NCBI GenBank assembly: GCA_035653615.1
Contig: DASRBN010000002.1
Location: 1 to 64,000, forward strand
Origin: Ktedonobacteraceae bacterium
Lineage (GTDB): Bacteria; Chloroflexota; Ktedonobacteria; Ktedonobacterales; Ktedonobacteraceae
DNA length: 64,000 nucleotides
Direction: 5' to 3'
The stretch's first letter is position 1. The number at the start of each line of letters is the position of its first letter. Positions 18,738 to 29,597 of this stretch are shown piece by piece. Under the pieces are notes generated by a model, which was given only the letters and a program-made list of their open reading frames with translations, made no database searches and was not told the origin of the DNA. The position numbers were made by a program, and so were the translations under genes.

Positions 18738-19060
18738 GCGGCTCATACGTCTATTCATGTAGAATAAAGCCGGCCAGGGATTTGTTGTAATTATCAGATA
18801 CATTTACGCTATTATATCTATTCATTTGTATTATCATTAGTAGCGCCCTATATTGGTAAGTACCGGCCTCCAGGTGTTCGTAATGCTGCTGCTTCCCACT
18901 TGCATTGCATTACAAATTCCTCACATTACCGGCGGCCTGTTACATTATCTGCTAGCTGAACGTAAAATACTACAATAGCAAATACTTTACATGTTTATTG
19001 CAATGAACATAGCATTGTTCTAAACTATGTACGAGGAGCTTGTGGGAGACCCTCAGAGGG

Positions 19061-21421
19061 ATGTATATGATGACCACGAACCCTGATGAATTCCTGGCGC
19101 TTCCGCAGATGACGCTTGAGCATCTGCTGGAGGAAACGCGCCAATACCTCTCTCCAGAAGAAATGGAGAGAATTCAGCGTGCCTACGAGGTCGCGAACCT
19201 GGCACATAGGGGTGTCGTGCGTCGTTCTGGCGATCCTTACATTCAACATCCACTCGAGGTTGCGCTCCTGCTGGCCGATATGCGCATCGATGCCGATGGC
19301 ATCGTGGCCGCGCTGCTGCACGATGTCGTCGAGGATACAGATTTCACACTGGAGGAACTGCGCCAGCAATTTGGGGAGTCCGTTGCCAACATCGTGGACG
19401 GCGTCACAAAATTTGATGCGCTGGCAAGCAAACCCGCGCCCAGCACAAAGTTCGTGGCTCCTGATAACCAGGAGGGAACGGGCAGGAAGACCATCAGCGG
19501 CCCTCTGCCGGAGACGCCCGAGCAGGTGGAGCAAAGACAAAAGCAGGCGCGTGAGTTGAAACGGCGCCAGCGTTCTGAGACGGTACGCAAAATGCTGCTG
19601 GCAATGGCCGAGGATCCCCGCGTGGTGGTGCTGAAGCTGGCCGACCGCCTGCACAACATGCGCACATTGAGCGTCATGAACCCTGCCCAGCAACAGAATA
19701 AGGCCCGCGAGACGCGAGAAATCTACGCGCCCCTGGCGAGGCGGCTGGGGATGGCCTTAGTACAGGCAGAACTCGAAGACCTGGCTTTCAGCTACCTGGA
19801 GCCTGAGCGCTACGCGCAACTGGCGCGTGCCGTGGAAGCGGAGAGGCGCAAGCGCCAACCCTCAATCGATCAGATTTGCCAGGTATTGCGAGAGGAGATG
19901 GAGAAGGCCGACATTCACGCCGAGGTGCATGCCTGGCAAAAACACCTGTCCAGTATCGAGCGCAAACTGCAACAGAGTGGGGATGAATTGAGCCAGATTC
20001 ATGACCTCGTCTCTTTCCGCATCCTTGTTGACTCCGTCCAGGATTGCTATCTTGCGCTGGGACTCATTCACGCCCTGTGGCGGCCAAAGGATGGGCGCAT
20101 CAAAGATTTCATCGCCACTCCCAAGCTGAATGGCTACCAATCGCTGCACACGACGGTCTTCTGCCTGGACAACCAGCTGGCAGAGATCCAGATTCGCACG
20201 CATGAAATGCAGCGTATCGCGGACTATGGCATCGCGAGTTACTGGTATCTCAAGGACCGCGGTGGATCAAGGCTCTCAACCCATGAAATGATCGCCTGGA
20301 TTGAGCAACTGCGCGAGTGGCAGCGTGGCCTGCCGCAGAACGCGGACGAGTTTGTGGAAGCAGTCAAGGGAGATATCTTCCAGGAGCAGATTTTCGTCTT
20401 TACCCCCAAGGGCGAGATCAAAGACCTGCCGCGCGGCTCGACTCCGCTCGACATGGCGTATCGCATTCACACTGATATTGGCGACCACTGCGCGGGCGCG
20501 CGCATCATTACCACTCAAGATGATGGCGGGCGCCTGGTGACACGCATCGTGCCGCTGGATTATGAACTCAAGGGCGGGGAGATCGTCGATATTATTACAG
20601 ACGAGGCGGTGCATCCGACGCGCGAATGGCTCAACTTCGCGCGGACGGCCAGCGCGCGCACGAAAATTCGCCGGTACTTGAATACATACGAGCGAGAAGT
20701 TAACCTGCAACTGGGCCGCGAGCGTCTTGACCTGGCACTCAAGGCCGCTGGCGTATCCGGGCTGCGGGTCGTGCGCGACGAAGACCTGTCTCGCTTCAAT
20801 ACGAATAAGAAGTACACGACAGCCGATGACCTGTATGTGGCACTTGGGCGAGAGGACCTGCCAGTAGGGGCGGTGCTTGAGCATTTGACACCGCTCTTAC
20901 AGGACCGGGGCGAGATGAAGCAGGAGACGGAGCCGGTTAAAAATGGGCACCATACCAACGGCAACAATGGGAACGGTGAAGTACCGCAGGCTGTTGTCAG
21001 GCTCGCCAACTGCTGCTGCCCGCTGCCCGGCGACGCGATTATCGGATTCCTCAATCCCAATAAAGGAATCATCGTCCATCGCAGCGACTGCCGGACGCTG
21101 CGCCGCCTGCGAGTGCAGGAGAGCGAGCGATTTGTTGAGATCAACTGGCTGCAGATCGAAGCCGGGCATTACCTGGCGCCGATCATCATTATCGCGCATG
21201 ATCGCCCCGGCCTTTTACGCGATGTCGCGGCAGTTGTCTCTGACGCAGGTATCAACATGACCGCCGTTTCATCGACGACCAATGCCTCGCTGCAAAAGGC
21301 CGTCATCACGGCGACACTGGAGATAGAGAGCGTCGATCAGATCGAGCCGATCTTTGAACGATTGCAGCAGATTAAAAATGTGGTGAGTGTGGCGCGGAAT
21401 TTTGCCCGCCGCGCTGCTTAG
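19061..21421 (+). CDS. rel: Bifunctional (p)ppGpp synthetase/hydrolase, long RSH with intact HD domain
   Basis: HD motif HRGVVRRSGDPYIQHPLEVALLLADMRIDADGIVAALLHDVVEDT. Synthetase motifs DLVSFRILV...GYQSLHTTV...EIQIRTHEMQRIADYGIASYWYLK. TGS and C-terminal ACT domains (CCCPLPGD..., RNFARRAA end). Start is uncertain: TTG 19040, or ATG 19061/19067/19070 after an AGAGGGA RBS. Confidence 0.9.
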   Translation: MYMMTTNPDEFLALPQMTLEHLLEETRQYLSPEEMERIQRAYEVANLAHRGVVRRSGDPYIQHPLEVALLLADMRIDADGIVAALLHDVVEDTDFTLEELRQQFGESVANIVDGVTKFDALASKPAPSTKFVAPDNQEGTGRKTISGPLPETPEQVEQRQKQARELKRRQRSETVRKMLLAMAEDPRVVVLKLADRLHNMRTLSVMNPAQQQNKARETREIYAPLARRLGMALVQAELEDLAFSYLEPERYAQLARAVEAERRKRQPSIDQICQVLREEMEKADIHAEVHAWQKHLSSIERKLQQSGDELSQIHDLVSFRILVDSVQDCYLALGLIHALWRPKDGRIKDFIATPKLNGYQSLHTTVFCLDNQLAEIQIRTHEMQRIADYGIASYWYLKDRGGSRLSTHEMIAWIEQLREWQRGLPQNADEFVEAVKGDIFQEQIFVFTPKGEIKDLPRGSTPLDMAYRIHTDIGDHCAGARIITTQDDGGRLVTRIVPLDYELKGGEIVDIITDEAVHPTREWLNFARTASARTKIRRYLNTYEREVNLQLGRERLDLALKAAGVSGLRVVRDEDLSRFNTNKKYTTADDLYVALGREDLPVGAVLEHLTPLLQDRGEMKQETEPVKNGHHTNGNNGNGEVPQAVVRLANCCCPLPGDAIIGFLNPNKGIIVHRSDCRTLRRLRVQESERFVEINWLQIEAGHYLAPIIIIAHDRPGLLRDVAAVVSDAGINMTAVSSTTNASLQKAVITATLEIESVDQIEPIFERLQQIKNVVSVARNFARRAA

Positions 21422-21449
21422 TAAAGTCAGCAACACGCATTTACTGGAA

Positions 21450-23882
21450 ATGCTTATGATAGATATGTCTATAAAGAACCAGGCGAGGCCAAAAAAGGTC
21501 TCTAGCGAGCCAGCGGCTCAATTACTGAATACCGTACAGGAATATATGCCGGCTTCCGAAGTGGAACTGGTGCGCCACGCGCTTCAACTCGCGCGGGAGA
21601 CCTGTGGCGATGCGCGCGGCGAACGCACGCTCCCGCCGTTCGAATACGCGCTGGCAGTGGCGACGATTCTCGCCGAGATACATATCGATGCCGTGGGTGT
21701 CGCTTCCGGCCTGGTATTTGAGGCCGTCGACGCCGATCTTCTTCCCCTCGAGCGTGTAGAAGTGGAACTCGGCGTCCCTGTAGCGCGCGTGGTAGGAAGC
21801 ATGCTGCGTATGAATATCCTGGAGCGCACCAAGCAAACGGTGGCGCAGGTAGCCCAGTCACCAGCACAGGCGGAAAGCGAGAATACCCGCGAGCAAAAGA
21901 AGCAGCGCATCCGTGAGGCGCTGCGCCGCCAGCAAGCCGAAACGGTGCGCAAAATGTTCTTCGCCATGTCGGAAGACCCGCGCGTTGTTCTGCTCAAACT
22001 GGCCTACCGCCTGCATGTGATGCGCCTGATCTGCGCCCATCAATATCCCGCGGATCACCAGGAGATCATCTCCACGGCGCGAGAATCGCGTGAGATCTAT
22101 GCTCCCCTGGCCGGTCGTTTAGGCATGTCGCGCGTGGAAAGCGAACTGGATGACCTGGCATTTCAGATTCTGGAGCCTGAGCAATACGTCTGGGTGCGTG
22201 ACCAGGTAGAGGCCGAAAGCAAGCAGTGGCGCTCCTATGTAGACCGCGTCTGCACAATCCTGCGTGATGAAATGCAGAAGCTGGGTTTGAGAGCGGAAGT
22301 ATCGGGGCGCGTGAAGCACCTGTATAGTTTCTATAAGAAGCTGCAACGTAACGCGGGCAACGTCGAACACTTCGAGGTCTTGAAAGCATCCGCCGATTTC
22401 AGCCAGATTCATGACCTGATTGCATTTCGTATTCTGGTGGAGACGACGCCCGATTGCTACATCGCGCTGGGTCACGTGCATAGTCTATGGCGGCCCAAAG
22501 AGGGGCGCATCAAAGATTTCATCGCCAACCCCAAGCCAAACGGCTACCAGGCGCTGCATACGACGGTCTTCTGCCTGGACGACCACCTGGTAGAGATTCA
22601 GATTCGCACTTTTGCCATGCATGAAATGGCCGAATACGGCGTGGCGATGCACTGGCATTACAAGGACGTGGGCGATAGAGCATCCAGTTCGGCGAAAGAA
22701 CTGCTGGCCTGGTTGCGGCAATTGGCCGAATGGCAGCGCGAACTGCACTCGTCAACGGCGACCGATGCTGAATTCGTCGAGGCCGTCAAGGAAGAGATTT
22801 TCCAGGAGCAGATCTTTGTGTTCACACCGCGCGGCGAGGTCAAGGACCTGCCGGTTGGCTCGACGCCGGTCGATTTCGCCTATCGCGTTCACTCCGAGAT
22901 TGGCGACCACTGTTCCGGGGCGCGCATTATCACGGAGAGCGGCAGCGGCGACGGCGAACGCCTCGTCACGCGCATGGTGCCGCTGGACTACGAGCTGCGC
23001 AGCGGCGAGATTGTGGACATCGTGACGAGCCGCACCGCACACCCCACGCGTGACTGGCTGAATTTCGCCCGCACCGCGGCAGCGCGCAGCAAGATACGGC
23101 GCTACCTGAAAATTCACGAGCGGGACATCAATATCCAGATCGGACGCGAGCGCCTGGACCGTGAATTGAAATCGCGCGGTATCCCACGCGGTATCGACGC
23201 GATCACCGAAGATGCGCAACTCTGGCTGGCCAAAGAGTACGGCAAGGAAACGCTCGAGGATGTGCTGGCGGCGCTGGGTAGCGACGAGATGCGGCCACAT
23301 GGCATCGTCGTGAAACTGCAGGAGTTCTGGCAACAGCGCGAACCACGCGAAAGCAAAGAGCAGAAAGAAGAGGTGGAGCCGGTCGCGCTGCCTGCCGCAT
23401 CTAAAGCGGCTCCCACCGCACGCTTGCAGGTCGCGGGCGTCAGTGGATTGCTGACCAGCCTGGCGAACTGCTGCTGCCCGCTGCCTGGGGATGAAATCGT
23501 TGGCTTCATCAGCCGGGGCAAGGGGGCAATTATTCACCGCGCCGACTGCAAGAATATCGAGCGCTATCGCGAACGCGACCGCGAGCGCCTGGTGAACGTG
23601 AACTGGACCAATATGGGCTACCAGCGCTATCTGGCCCCAATACTGATTACGGCCCGCGACCGTGCGGGACTGATACGCGACATCGCTACAGTGGTAACCG
23701 AGATCGGCGTGAATATAACCTCGGTCAGTTCAAACGTGAGCGCAGGCAAAGAGACCGCTCTTATCAACGCCACGCTCGAAGTGGACGGTTTGGATCAGAT
23801 GTACCGCGTGTTCGCTAAATTGGAACGGGTCAGGGGAGTGATACACGTGGAGAGGGACCTGGGAAAAGGGAAGAAGAAATAA
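21450..23882 (+). CDS. RelA-like long RSH paralogue with degenerate (pseudo) HD hydrolase domain, synthetase motifs intact
   Basis: The HD-region equivalent is LARETCGDARGERTLPPFEYALAVATILAEIHIDAVGVASGLVFEAVDADL. Compared with the first paralogue, HR becomes RE, H becomes F, and HD becomes FE. Synthetase motifs are conserved (DLIAFRILVE...GYQALHTTV...EIQIRTFAMHEMAEYGVAMHWHYK). TGS and ACT domains are present. Start is one of the ATGs at 21450, 21456 or 21465. Confidence 0.85.
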   Translation: MLMIDMSIKNQARPKKVSSEPAAQLLNTVQEYMPASEVELVRHALQLARETCGDARGERTLPPFEYALAVATILAEIHIDAVGVASGLVFEAVDADLLPLERVEVELGVPVARVVGSMLRMNILERTKQTVAQVAQSPAQAESENTREQKKQRIREALRRQQAETVRKMFFAMSEDPRVVLLKLAYRLHVMRLICAHQYPADHQEIISTARESREIYAPLAGRLGMSRVESELDDLAFQILEPEQYVWVRDQVEAESKQWRSYVDRVCTILRDEMQKLGLRAEVSGRVKHLYSFYKKLQRNAGNVEHFEVLKASADFSQIHDLIAFRILVETTPDCYIALGHVHSLWRPKEGRIKDFIANPKPNGYQALHTTVFCLDDHLVEIQIRTFAMHEMAEYGVAMHWHYKDVGDRASSSAKELLAWLRQLAEWQRELHSSTATDAEFVEAVKEEIFQEQIFVFTPRGEVKDLPVGSTPVDFAYRVHSEIGDHCSGARIITESGSGDGERLVTRMVPLDYELRSGEIVDIVTSRTAHPTRDWLNFARTAAARSKIRRYLKIHERDINIQIGRERLDRELKSRGIPRGIDAITEDAQLWLAKEYGKETLEDVLAALGSDEMRPHGIVVKLQEFWQQREPRESKEQKEEVEPVALPAASKAAPTARLQVAGVSGLLTSLANCCCPLPGDEIVGFISRGKGAIIHRADCKNIERYRERDRERLVNVNWTNMGYQRYLAPILITARDRAGLIRDIATVVTEIGVNITSVSSNVSAGKETALINATLEVDGLDQMYRVFAKLERVRGVIHVERDLGKGKKK

Positions 23883-23915
23883 AAATCGGGGGCAATCCGG
23901 TTGCCCCCGATTTTT
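23881..23915. terminator. Bidirectional intrinsic terminator (15-bp perfect stem) between convergent relA-like and sigma-factor genes
   Basis: aaaaatcgggggcaa-tccgg-ttgcccccgattttt. A tracts lie 5' and T tracts 3'. Confidence 0.75.
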
Positions 23916-23923
23916 TTATAGTA

Positions 23924-25141
<1,218 letters not shown>

Positions 25142-25443
25142 ATTGCGCCCTCCTTGAACAGTAGCATCTTAAGCAGCAAGATAGCAGCAATTTCCGTCGC
25201 ACTCAGGGAAAGCGATTCCTTTCTATGAACTAAGCTATGAGCCCGAATACCGAGTGGGAGGAAGTCAATGATACGCACTGTCTTTCTATTCTATAGAAAC
25301 ACAGAGAAGGCGGAAAATATTCCTTCGCCACTCCAATTATAACGCAAACGCTCCCTTTCTTCTAGTCCCTAAAGCACTCAATTTATCAGGTTCAACCGGT
25401 GAGACAAAACTTTCATCTACTTATATTTATATACGTTCTAGAC

Positions 25444-26166
25444 TCACGAAAGTGGCAATTCGCCTGACCTTTGTGCGGGATTATCCGGCGGCATTGTTCC
25501 GGTTTTCTTGAACTGAACGATAGCCGGCTCTTTCATTGTGTCGAGCTTCTCCACTCTGCTACGGCGTGCCGTTCTAATCAGGTACAGCGTCAGAAATGTA
25601 GCAGCGAGCAGAGCCAGCGCAAATATCGAAAATGAACCTAATACATCGCCTACCGCTTCCCAGCTCGCACCAAAAGCATAACCGAGCGAAAGTGGGATCA
25701 CTGCTGATAAGATCTCTCCTGAGATATCGCACGGTAGAAAATAACGATAGGGATAGGGATCAGCGCCCGCGATCAGGTTTACAACGCCTCCCAATGCCGG
25801 AAAGAGAAAGCGTGTGAGAAAGACCGCCCAGGCAGCCTGTTTCTTAAAGCGCGCGCGGCCTCGTTCAATGGCTCTGGGCGAGATAAAGCGGTTCCACTTC
25901 GATGTTTCTAGCCAGTCAATAACTTTCGTACCCCAGCGCCGTCCAATAAAATAGCCCGTACTGTCGCCGCAAACCGAGGCGCTGAGGGCAAGCACCGCCA
26001 GCAAAAAGATATTGAAATCGCCAGCCTGGGCGAATGCTCCTGCCGCGAGCAAGACGAGGGCGCTGGGAATAGGAAACCCGGCAGAAGCTATGAAAATCGC
26101 GAACCAGATAACGGGATAGCCATAGGCCAGCAGCCAGTTCAGCACGATGGGGAGAAATATGCTCAT
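25444..26166 (-). CDS. DedA/VTT-family membrane protein
   Basis: Multiple TM segments. Motif region WAVFLTRFLFPALGGVVNLIAGADPYPYRYFLPCDISGEILSAV. Confidence 0.8.
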   Translation of the reverse strand: MSIFLPIVLNWLLAYGYPVIWFAIFIASAGFPIPSALVLLAAGAFAQAGDFNIFLLAVLALSASVCGDSTGYFIGRRWGTKVIDWLETSKWNRFISPRAIERGRARFKKQAAWAVFLTRFLFPALGGVVNLIAGADPYPYRYFLPCDISGEILSAVIPLSLGYAFGASWEAVGDVLGSFSIFALALLAATFLTLYLIRTARRSRVEKLDTMKEPAIVQFKKTGTMPPDNPAQRSGELPLS

Positions 26167-26585
26167 GGATTCTCCCTTCCAGGAGCACGAGGCGCGCCGT
26201 TCAACTGGCCGGTATGTATGGGCATTCCGGTCTGTGGGTTCTGCTTTCGATACGTCAGAATAGCCTTCTGGACTTCGTGGATGACATCATCCACAGGTTG
26301 ATTAGCCCGATCCGCCAGGACACGCAGGGTCGCATGACGAACCTGTTGAGGATTCGTGATATGTAAGGATTGGTAAAGGTAATTTTCGGGAACATGATAG
26401 GTCAGCGCGATATAATGAATCGTCATCCAGGGGCGAATGGTGCTGACATCGCCTGACGTGGTAAGCTGGTGCTGTTGCCTGAACTGCTGAATTGCCTGTA
26501 CGGTGGTGATAGCAGCAAAGATCGCAGCGCCCAACGCCACACATAAAAGCACGCCCAGAATGACGAACTTTACACGTGTGTTCAT
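26163..26585 (-). CDS. Hypothetical protein with N-terminal TM anchor
   Basis: Start re-placed at MNTRVKFVILGVLLCVALGAAIFAAI (ATG 26585). Stop overlaps the dedA start. No recognisable domain. Confidence 0.4.
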   Translation of the reverse strand: MNTRVKFVILGVLLCVALGAAIFAAITTVQAIQQFRQQHQLTTSGDVSTIRPWMTIHYIALTYHVPENYLYQSLHITNPQQVRHATLRVLADRANQPVDDVIHEVQKAILTYRKQNPQTGMPIHTGQLNGAPRAPGRENP

Positions 26586-26724
26586 TGGAGACAGCTCCTT
26601 CATACCCTGCAAAAGTTTGCTCCCTCGACCTATCATGCTAAAAATGGTTCCACCAGTAGATACGATTGGGCGCCTTAAGGGTTTTCACTTGACGACATCC
26701 CAACTCTACCTTAGAATAACAGAT

Positions 26725-27174
26725 ATGGAAACATCCGCGCAACATCTGCTGGTAAATATCAAACGAATAGATACCAGTTTGCCCCTGCCAACGTATGCCA
26801 CGGCAGGATCGGTCGGCTTTGACCTGCTCTGTCGCGAAGATACGGAGATTGAGCCGCGCACGATAGAACTGGTTCCTTGCAATGTGATCGTGCGCATTCC
26901 AGAGGGTTATATGCTGCTGCTTGCCCTTCGAAGCAGCACCCCACGTCGCAAGGGACTGCTCATCCCGAACGGTGTGGGCATCATCGACCAGGATTACTGC
27001 GGTGAGGGAGACGAGCTGAAGGCGCAGGTCTTCAATTTCCGCGAAGAGGCGGTCACAGTGAAACGCGGCGAGCGCATCGCTCAAGGTATTTTTGTTCCGA
27101 TTACGCGTGCCGTCTGGAACGAAGTGAGCGAGATGGGCCAGGGCCGCGGTGGATTTGGAAGCACAGGTGCATAA
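26725..27174 (+). CDS. dut: dUTP diphosphatase
   Basis: LPTYATAGSVGFDL...GLLIPNGVGIIDQDYCGE...GERIAQGIF. Start re-placed at METSAQ (ATG 26725). Confidence 0.85.
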   Translation: METSAQHLLVNIKRIDTSLPLPTYATAGSVGFDLLCREDTEIEPRTIELVPCNVIVRIPEGYMLLLALRSSTPRRKGLLIPNGVGIIDQDYCGEGDELKAQVFNFREEAVTVKRGERIAQGIFVPITRAVWNEVSEMGQGRGGFGSTGA

Positions 27175-27521
27175 TGCCGGACTACTATAAAATTCTTGAA
27201 GTGCCCCCAACTGCATCGATGGAAGAGATCAAACGCTCCTACCATCGCCTCGCGCGTATGCATCATCCTGACCTGAACCGGCACGCGCTCGACATCCATA
27301 TCAAACGCCTGAACCAGGCCTATGAAATCATCGGCAACCCGGCCAGGCGCGCCCAATACGACGCGCAGCGCAAGGAGATGCAACGACGTGCCGATGCCAG
27401 AGCCAATCTACATCGCCAGCAAAAGGAGCAGGCAAAAAAACAAGAGCCTGAAATGACCTGGATAGAGGGCATTTTCGGCTTCGTGAAAGAACTGCGCCGG
27501 AATCTGAAAGAGGATGTTTAA
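27174..27521 (+). CDS. J-domain (DnaJ N-terminal domain only) protein
   Basis: MPDYYKILEVPPTASMEEIKRSYHRLARMHHPDLN with the HPD motif. Start overlaps the dut stop (TAATG). Confidence 0.75.
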   Translation: MPDYYKILEVPPTASMEEIKRSYHRLARMHHPDLNRHALDIHIKRLNQAYEIIGNPARRAQYDAQRKEMQRRADARANLHRQQKEQAKKQEPEMTWIEGIFGFVKELRRNLKEDV

Positions 27522-27524
27522 AGA

Positions 27525-28046
27525 TCAGCCTGATTGTATCGCTTTCTTATGCTCTACTGCCCTCGCGCAATATCCGGCGGCGCTCGCGGGGATCTGATCC
27601 TTCTCCTCAACAGTGAGATTACGCGCTACTTTGGCGGGCACTCCCACCGCCAGTACGCCTTCTGGTATCGTCTTGCGCTCAGAAACCAGGGCACACGCGC
27701 CGATGATCGTGCGCGGGCCTACCTGGGCGTGCGAGAGGACAACGGCGTTCATGCCAACAAGTACATGGTCACCTATCGTCGCGCCATGCACGATAGCGCC
27801 GTGACCGATCGTACACTCATCCCCAATCGTCAGGGGCGCATCCTCATCGACGTGCAGCACGCAGTTATCCTGAATATTGGTGCGGCGTCCAATGACGATG
27901 GGCGCGCTATCTCCTCGCACGACCGCATTGTACCAGATGCTGGCCCCTTCGCGAATGGTGACATTGCCAATGATCATCGCGCCCGGGGCAATGAAGACGT
28001 TGCCCTCGATGGTGGGAGATATGCCCTTGTAGGGTAGAACTGTCAT
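27525..28046 (-). CDS. Gamma-class carbonic anhydrase family / hexapeptide-repeat protein
   Basis: Left-handed beta-helix hexapeptide repeats (VFIAPGAMIIGNVTIREGASIWYNAVVRGD...IGRRTNIQDNCVLHVD). Confidence 0.8.
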   Translation of the reverse strand: MTVLPYKGISPTIEGNVFIAPGAMIIGNVTIREGASIWYNAVVRGDSAPIVIGRRTNIQDNCVLHVDEDAPLTIGDECTIGHGAIVHGATIGDHVLVGMNAVVLSHAQVGPRTIIGACALVSERKTIPEGVLAVGVPAKVARNLTVEEKDQIPASAAGYCARAVEHKKAIQSG

Positions 28047-28050
28047 GCTT

Positions 28051-28998
28051 CTATTTCCGAATCATATTGCTCATCACAAATAACAGGTTAGCGGGCCGTT
28101 CCGCCATGCGCCGCATCAGGTAGGGATACCACTGCGAGCCATAGGGAACGTAGATGCGCATATTGTATCCCTGGGCAACCAGCTTTTCTTGCAGGTCGCG
28201 CCGGATGCCATAGAGCATCTGGAACTCGAAGGCCGACTTGCTGATGCCGTTGTCACGCGCAAACTTGCAGGTCGCATTGATGATAGCCTCGTCATGCGTG
28301 GCAATGGCCGGGTAATTGCCATGCTGGAGCAACATGGTCATTAGCCTGACATAATTGTGATCGACCTCGCTCTTGTTCTGGAATGCCACGGATTTCGGCT
28401 CTTTGTAGGCGCCCTTGACCAGGCGCACGCGCACTCCCTGGGCGATTAGCTGCTCGATATCCTTCTTGCTGCGATACAGGCAGGACTGTATGACCGTGCC
28501 TACATGCTCAAAGCGCTTGTGCATCCGTAGCGTAATATCCACCGTTCGCTCGGTATAGGCCGAACCCTCCATATCGATGCGCACGAAAATAGGAAACTGT
28601 TGCGCGTGTTCGAGGATGCGCGTCACATTTCGTTCGCATAACTCCTGCGAAACATCCAGTCCAAGCGCGGTGAGCTTGATGGAGATATTGGCATCGATAC
28701 CTGACTGCTTGATGCAATCAAGAATATTAATGTAATCCTGCGCGGCGGATATCGCTTCCTTCTCGTCAGAGACATTTTCTCCCAGGTGGTCGAGCGAAAC
28801 ATGCATGCCGCGTTGATTAAGCACGCGTGTTGCCGCGACGGCATCGTCCAGCACCTCACCGGCCACGAACCGGCGCGAAACGCTGCGAGTGGCACGATTA
28901 TGAATGACGAAGTTGCGTACCCTATTGTTCTGAGCCAGATACAGCAGTGTACCCTTGAGCATCATTGCCCCCCTTATTATGAAAGACTTAAACGGCAA
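28051..28998 (-). CDS. Proline dehydrogenase
   Basis: ProDH family motifs (GMHVSLDHLGENV...RIDMEGSAYTERT...VRLVKGAYKEP). Confidence 0.8.
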   Translation of the reverse strand: MPFKSFIIRGAMMLKGTLLYLAQNNRVRNFVIHNRATRSVSRRFVAGEVLDDAVAATRVLNQRGMHVSLDHLGENVSDEKEAISAAQDYINILDCIKQSGIDANISIKLTALGLDVSQELCERNVTRILEHAQQFPIFVRIDMEGSAYTERTVDITLRMHKRFEHVGTVIQSCLYRSKKDIEQLIAQGVRVRLVKGAYKEPKSVAFQNKSEVDHNYVRLMTMLLQHGNYPAIATHDEAIINATCKFARDNGISKSAFEFQMLYGIRRDLQEKLVAQGYNMRIYVPYGSQWYPYLMRRMAERPANLLFVMSNMIRK

Positions 28999-29040
28999 TC
29001 AGAGGAACCTTCTCTTGTTTATTCTAGCACAAAATAGACC

Positions 29041-29298
29041 TCAAGGGTCTTCATCGGCGAAAGGATCGGGTTTATAGCCTTCGGGTCCGATGCGGCTCCA
29101 TAATCCGAGGCGCACCAGCTCGCTACGTGCCTCGAAGCCGAAGAGTTCGGGGTCCATTTCCCGGCCATGACGAATGACAAGCCCGCGCAACATCTCTATT
29201 TGTTCCGCTTTGCTCGCGGTATCGCTTTCAAACGGTATATGCTGGGCCAGGTGTTCGATGGCCTGCCGATTGTACCATTGTTCTTGAGTTTCTGCCAT
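29041..29298 (-). CDS. Hypothetical small protein (85 aa)
   Basis: Intact ORF with coding-like composition. No recognisable domain. Confidence 0.35.
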   Translation of the reverse strand: MAETQEQWYNRQAIEHLAQHIPFESDTASKAEQIEMLRGLVIRHGREMDPELFGFEARSELVRLGLWSRIGPEGYKPDPFADEDP

Positions 29299-29597
29299 AT
29301 GTCGTCTCGCTCGGCCTCTATTTCCTCATGCGTGCGCTACAACTATCTCCTGTTTGAATGGTAACATGCAGGCATTATCTTGTTCAAGATACTTTTGATG
29401 CGAGTCGTCAGATACGTTTTGAAACACGTTTATATTTAACGAGGCATAGCCAATTTTCCCTACGGCCTGGATGAATACTTGACCGGGGAATACGTGGATG
29501 TTACTGTGGTTTTTAATGTGACAGAGAAATATACAAAAAGGTAGCCTCCTTTTGAAACGAGGAGAGCATTTATGGGAGAGAAAAAGGATCAACCATT

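Noticed and set aside
21387-21449. N-terminal extension MWRGILPAALLSKVSNTHLLE on the second RSH
   Set aside because: It overlaps the stop region of the first rel gene. The homologous N-terminus begins around MLMIDMSIK, so the upstream in-frame codons are probably not translated.
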